This document shows positions 59,546-64,000 of a DNA stretch of 64,000 nt, in pieces. A model generated the notes under the pieces. The model was not told the origin of the DNA. It ran no database searches and saw only the letters and a list, made by a program, of their open reading frames with translations. The position numbers were made by a program, and so were the translations under genes. The DNA lies in assembly GCA_016906335.1 (NCBI GenBank), contig JADEYG010000009.1, positions 186,001 to 250,000 of the forward strand. The letters are read 5' to 3'. This stretch comes from Novakomyces olei (Eukaryota). Numbering within the stretch: position 1 is the first letter of the stretch; the number at the start of each line of letters is the position of its first letter.

Positions 59546-62214
59546 ATGGAAGTCCATCGGTGCCGTTTCGTCGACTATGAGCCGGCAGCAATAAACGCAC
59601 TAGCATTTTCACACCCGTCGGATCCACAGCAGCCGGCGCCAAATGCTCTGCGGCTCGCTGTCGGTCGTGCAAATGGCGATATAGAGATCTATCGGCCAAA
59701 GCATAACTGGAACCATGAAAGCGTAAGTGAATAAAGCCAATCAATCATCTTCACGAGGAATATGAAAATCTTTCTTGCTCTTGACATGCTCTTTATTTAT
59801 ATCGTGTTTTTCACATTGTTCATTTATTTTTTGCCTTTAAACACGAGACAGGCTGTGTATTGCAACGGCACAAGGTGCCCTTGAATTCCAGATTATAATA
59901 CCTAAATTTCGATAAAATCTTGCTTTCCGTGTGCCAGTATTTGGCCATTATGCCCATCCTAATATTTGCAAAAATACATTTGCAAAAATGATAAAATCTG
60001 TCTCGATTTCGTTACTAATCCAAGACTCTCAAGGGCGGCCATGGCCGGTCCGTGGAAGCGCTGGCTTGGGTGGTGGCCGAGGGCGATGCACTACGGCTTT
60101 TCAGTATCGGCTACTCAACGCACGTGACAGAATGGAGTCTGGAAACGACAAGGCCATTACGTCATGTAGACTGCAATGCCGGAGCCGTTTGGTCGATGGC
60201 TGTTTCACCAAACCGGGAAAAGCTGGCTTTAGGCTGTGACGATGGGAGTTGCGTAGTCCTTGATATTAGCTCAGGCGGCCTTGAATATGAGCGCGCTCTT
60301 ACGCGTCAGAAATCGCGTGTTCTTTCAGTCGCGTGGAGCACAGATCGCTTTGTGATTGGCGGATGTGCCGACGCGACTGTTTGTATGTGGGATACGAGTA
60401 CGCGCACTGGGCAAATTGCCGCTAGAATGAGGCTGGACAAGAACAAGAGTGAGGACACGTTGGTATGGTCTGTTGCCGTTTTGCAAGATGGTACAATAGT
60501 CACTGGAGACTCAACTGGATCACTACGATTTTGGGATCGGAGGCTACATTCGTTCCGGCAAGGCTATCGGCCACACGGGGCTGATATACTGTGTGTTGTC
60601 GCAACTCCAGCTACTTTAGCAGGGGAGAAGAAGAGTGGGGGCCAGAGTGGGGGTCAGAGTGGGGGCCAGCAGCAAATATTCACGACTGGCGTGGATCGGA
60701 AACTAATATGCCATGGCCGCAGCGGCCGGGCCCGGGACAAATGGACTCAAGTGCAAGGCCGACGGTTCCACATGCACGATGTATTGGCTATGGCTGTTTA
60801 TGTAGCAGCTAATGTAGATTACCTGGTAACAGGATCAAGGGATACTGTCTGTGCTATAATGTCCTCATCAAAGTTTATGCGTTCTGCTCACCGAATGCTG
60901 TACCCCGTTCCCTCAGCGCCTCGTCTGCTACTCGCTCGGAAACCGCGTATAATGATGTTCTGGGGCGATAGAAATGTCAAAATTTGGCAGTTTGGCAAGT
61001 CCATGATGGATCAGGTGGGGGCCACAGTGGGGGCCGATCAAGAAGAGATGCAAGTAGACACCGACTTGACCCTAACTAACCCTAACCCTAACACCACTGA
61101 TTCTGACAGAACCGAGTCTGGGCAACGGCTGCTGGTGAAGATGAGCCTGGACAATGTGGAGAACGCTGCGGCGGCAGCCATTTCGGAAGATGCCAGTCTC
61201 ATTGCCGTCTCCACGATAGCATCGACCAAAGTATTTTCCCTTCAATCCCCGACTTTTTCAAGCGTAAGAAAAATCCGCTCTCCTTTCCTCGAAACACAGG
61301 GCGCCACGCACATCGCCATCCACGGGTCCCGTGTCATTTTAGCTACGCCTGGCGGAGGGATTGTTGCGGTAGATTTCGGGCAGGACGATGAGCAAGTTTA
61401 CGAGTTTGATACGGCGGAAGTGGGAACGAGCAACAAATCTTGGTCAGCAATGGCGGTAGCCCCTGATGGATCTTTTCTCGCGGTTGCCGATGCCAGTTCT
61501 CAACGGATTTATGTCTATTCACTAGAGCAAATGGCTCTGCAATGCACTTTACCCCGTCTGCCTAGTGCCGCTCGGGCTTTAGGATTCAAACCGCATCGGC
61601 CTCACATATTAGTAGCAGCAACAGCAGCGAATACAATAGTGGAGTATGATGTTTTGCAGGCAGTTTATACTCCCTGGACCCGTGACAATTTGGCTCTTGA
61701 GCCTCGAGAAATCGAACAGCAGCCTGAACGGATTATAGGCATGTTTTTCGATGTGGCGGAGCCTGATCGAGTTTGGATTTGGGGAGCTGCTTTTTGTGCT
61801 TTTATTGATACCCGTGTCCCTATTCCTCCACCTTTAAGGAGTAAAAGACGCAGTTCTAATGGTGAGGCTGTCGTCCGCACACGATTAAATGGTGGCAAAA
61901 ATGACGATAAATCGGTGCTGGAGGAGTCTAGTGATGACGAAGAGGAAAAGGGGACAAGACGAAATGGGCAGGGCCCTAATTTGCAAAATGGACTCGGCCG
62001 TAATGAAACTGACCTGGTCGAAAGGCAGCACGAAACACAGGACAAAGATGGGAACCGGATCAGGTCTTTTTTCGTTACGCAAAAGTACCGCTCACTGCTT
62101 TTAGCCGATGCTTTGAGCGAGCATGAACTGGTTATTGTAGAAAGGCCACTCGCTGATATTATGGCCGGCAAGAATATGCCTGTACGGTACCAGGCGTACA
62201 AGTACGGAACTTGA
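59546..62214 (+). CDS. UTP4: U3 snoRNA-associated WD40 protein Utp4/cirhin (exons 59546-59722, 60025-62214)
   Basis: MEVHRCRFVDYEPAAINALAFSH, LAVGRANGDIEIY, RSVEALAW, RLFSIGYSTHVTEW, TGDSTGSLRFWD, RRFHMHDV, ELVIVERP. Confidence 0.94.
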
Positions 62215-62921
62215 TAGACGGGCAATAATTGTATAATATAATTATTAATAATTAAAAGATTAATTTATAATTGTGACAAATATTTATAATTGTTATTTAT
62301 GGTTAGAACAAAGATTTGCGATTATAATAATCAGTCAGTAAATAAATATAGCTATAAATAAATGTCGATGTAAATATAAATCTTAAAACTATCGGTGTTT
62401 TGAATAAACAAATATAAATGTAGTTTATAATAATATAACATTCATTATTAAATATAGACATAAAAAATAAAGCGTCACTCCCTGCAAATCCACAGGTTTA
62501 TTATACCACAAAGTCCTTCCTGTCAAGCCCACAATTACTCCACAATTTATTGCTTCATCGTGTGTGGCAGTGTAGAATCGTTCAAAGAGCAAGTAATATC
62601 AACATTTGTTACAGATTTGAAACGTACATACAAGCGCTAAATCAAATCGCCGCCTCAATCAAAATACACATCGACACAATCAGTGCCGCTTGTTCATAAA
62701 CGGGCGCCCGAGTTCACCGGTCCTTGTATCAAGCTCGTCTCATATGCGCGTAGGCTCGAGGGCAAACAACAAAGTAAATAAATAAAGTAGATACAATCAG
62801 CTGGTAGAAAGAATAGAAAACAACAATTAGGCACTTAAGTTTAAGACAATATATTAACCCGCATAGAGACGGTGATAGGAAAAGTGATGAATATGCAGGA
62901 GTAAATGCAAAATTAACAAAG

Positions 62922-64000
62922 TTAAACGCTTTGGGGGACTTGCGCTGCAGGTGGAGATTGATGCATGAAGGCACTAAACGTTAGCAATAAGAACTGACAG
63001 ATTAAATCAAAGCGTAGCACGTCAAACAGGCACAAGTAAAGACTTTGCATGAAATGAAAATGAAAAAGGTAAAACTATTAATATATATACATAATAAATA
63101 AATAAAACATGACGTAAATAATTATAAACATACCTATTCCGTCGGTTCTTGCGCAATTGCTGTTTCAGCTGCTGTTGACCTAAAGGCCGCAGTAATTCAA
63201 AAGAGCACAAAAGCTCGGCTGATACGCTCATAATTGCACCAAAATTATCAAATTCACCGCAATAATTTGGAGCCGAAAATACTGTAACAAGTGTACGATC
63301 ATTAAAAAACTCGTATCCGTCTTCGACAACCATGTGCGCCCGGCATACAAGATCAAACTCATGTTTATGTAAAAATTGCTCAATAACGTTTTTACCGAAA
63401 CAGTAGCTGACTCCCCGTTCATTGTCCTCCCAATCGTCCGTATTATCCGTTGGATCTGACCATAAAAGATCGCTCAAGAGTCCAAAATCAGGAACATCCG
63501 TCGGCCTTCCGATATTACGAATATCCTGCATGTGCTGCAAAGAGGGAGAGAGGCCCCCATGTACACAGAATATTTTGCCAGCAACTACTGCGGCAATTGG
63601 AAGAGTATTAAAAACATCGACAAAAGTTTTCCATATTTTTACGTTGCAACGTCGTTTGCACTCGTCGTAGAATCCATAGACTCTGGTAACACTTGCGCAT
63701 TCGTGATTGCCGCGGAGAAGAAAGAAATTCTCTGGGTATTTGATTTTGTATAAAAGCAAAAGGCAAATAGTCTCCAGGCTCTGTTTGCCCCGGTCGACAT
63801 AGTCTCCGAGAAAGAGAAAATTGCTGTGTGGAGGAAACCCGCACATTTCAAACATACGTAATAGATCTGAAAATTGGCCATGAATATCGCCCACAATCTT
63901 CACTGGAGCATTCAGCTCGAGAAACGTGGGCTGCGATAAAAACACTTGTCTGGCAGCCTGGCATATTGATGTTATTTCCGCGTTTTTAAGGCACAGGGAC
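62922..64000 (-). CDS. Ser/Thr protein phosphatase, PPZ (Ppz1/Pzh1) type, 5'-partial (exons >64000-63134, 62973-62922)
   Basis: [69 protein letters not shown]. The last intron GTATGT..GCTAAC..TAG gives the tail [19 protein letters not shown]. Confidence 0.9.

Noticed and set aside
63022..63133. Hydrophobic C-terminal tail on the PPZ ORF (similar tails on the RIB1, ISD11 and MEF1 exon-1 ORFs)
   Set aside because: These are read-throughs into T-rich introns with clear GT donors; splicing restores the expected protein sequence.

Overview
Gene-dense eukaryotic (ascomycete fungal) chromosomal DNA. CTG sits at conserved Leu positions, so the standard code applies. About 30 protein-coding genes can be rebuilt by hand from GT..AG introns, several of them only 35-50 nt long; an early-diverging ascomycete such as a Taphrinomycotina- or Lipomycetales-like yeast is an inference only. 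In order: partial Zn2Cys6 transcription factor, DHA1-type MFS transporter, SUR7/PalI protein, KduD-like SDR, amino-acid permease, AFG1-like ATPase, a hypothetical protein, DBR1, glucosidase II beta, a GST-like protein ending SRL, CWC2, an LCAT-like alpha/beta hydrolase, HSH49, NPT1, CCZ1, an MpaB/rubber-oxygenase-like protein, Rheb, mitochondrial EF-G1, ISD11, RIB1, CUS2, a TPR-DnaJ protein, a Fkh2-like forkhead/FHA factor, an Asg1-like Zn2Cys6 factor, an AlcS/GPR1-family transporter, a small coiled-coil protein, ILM1, UTP4 and a partial PPZ phosphatase. I recognised no tRNA, rRNA, CRISPR array or intact transposon, and I cannot demonstrate a new system from the sequence alone. The best leads are regulatory and RNA-level: a putative structured 5'UTR intron plus uORF in RIB1, mutually exclusive helices in the Rheb intron, six forkhead sites upstream of the forkhead gene plus a possible poison acceptor in its long intron, four splicing-machinery genes within 25 kb, ultra-short introns with degenerate branch sites, and a ~300-bp (TTTA)n tract in an NPT1 intron. 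All exon structures were inferred by eye and need RNA-seq confirmation.
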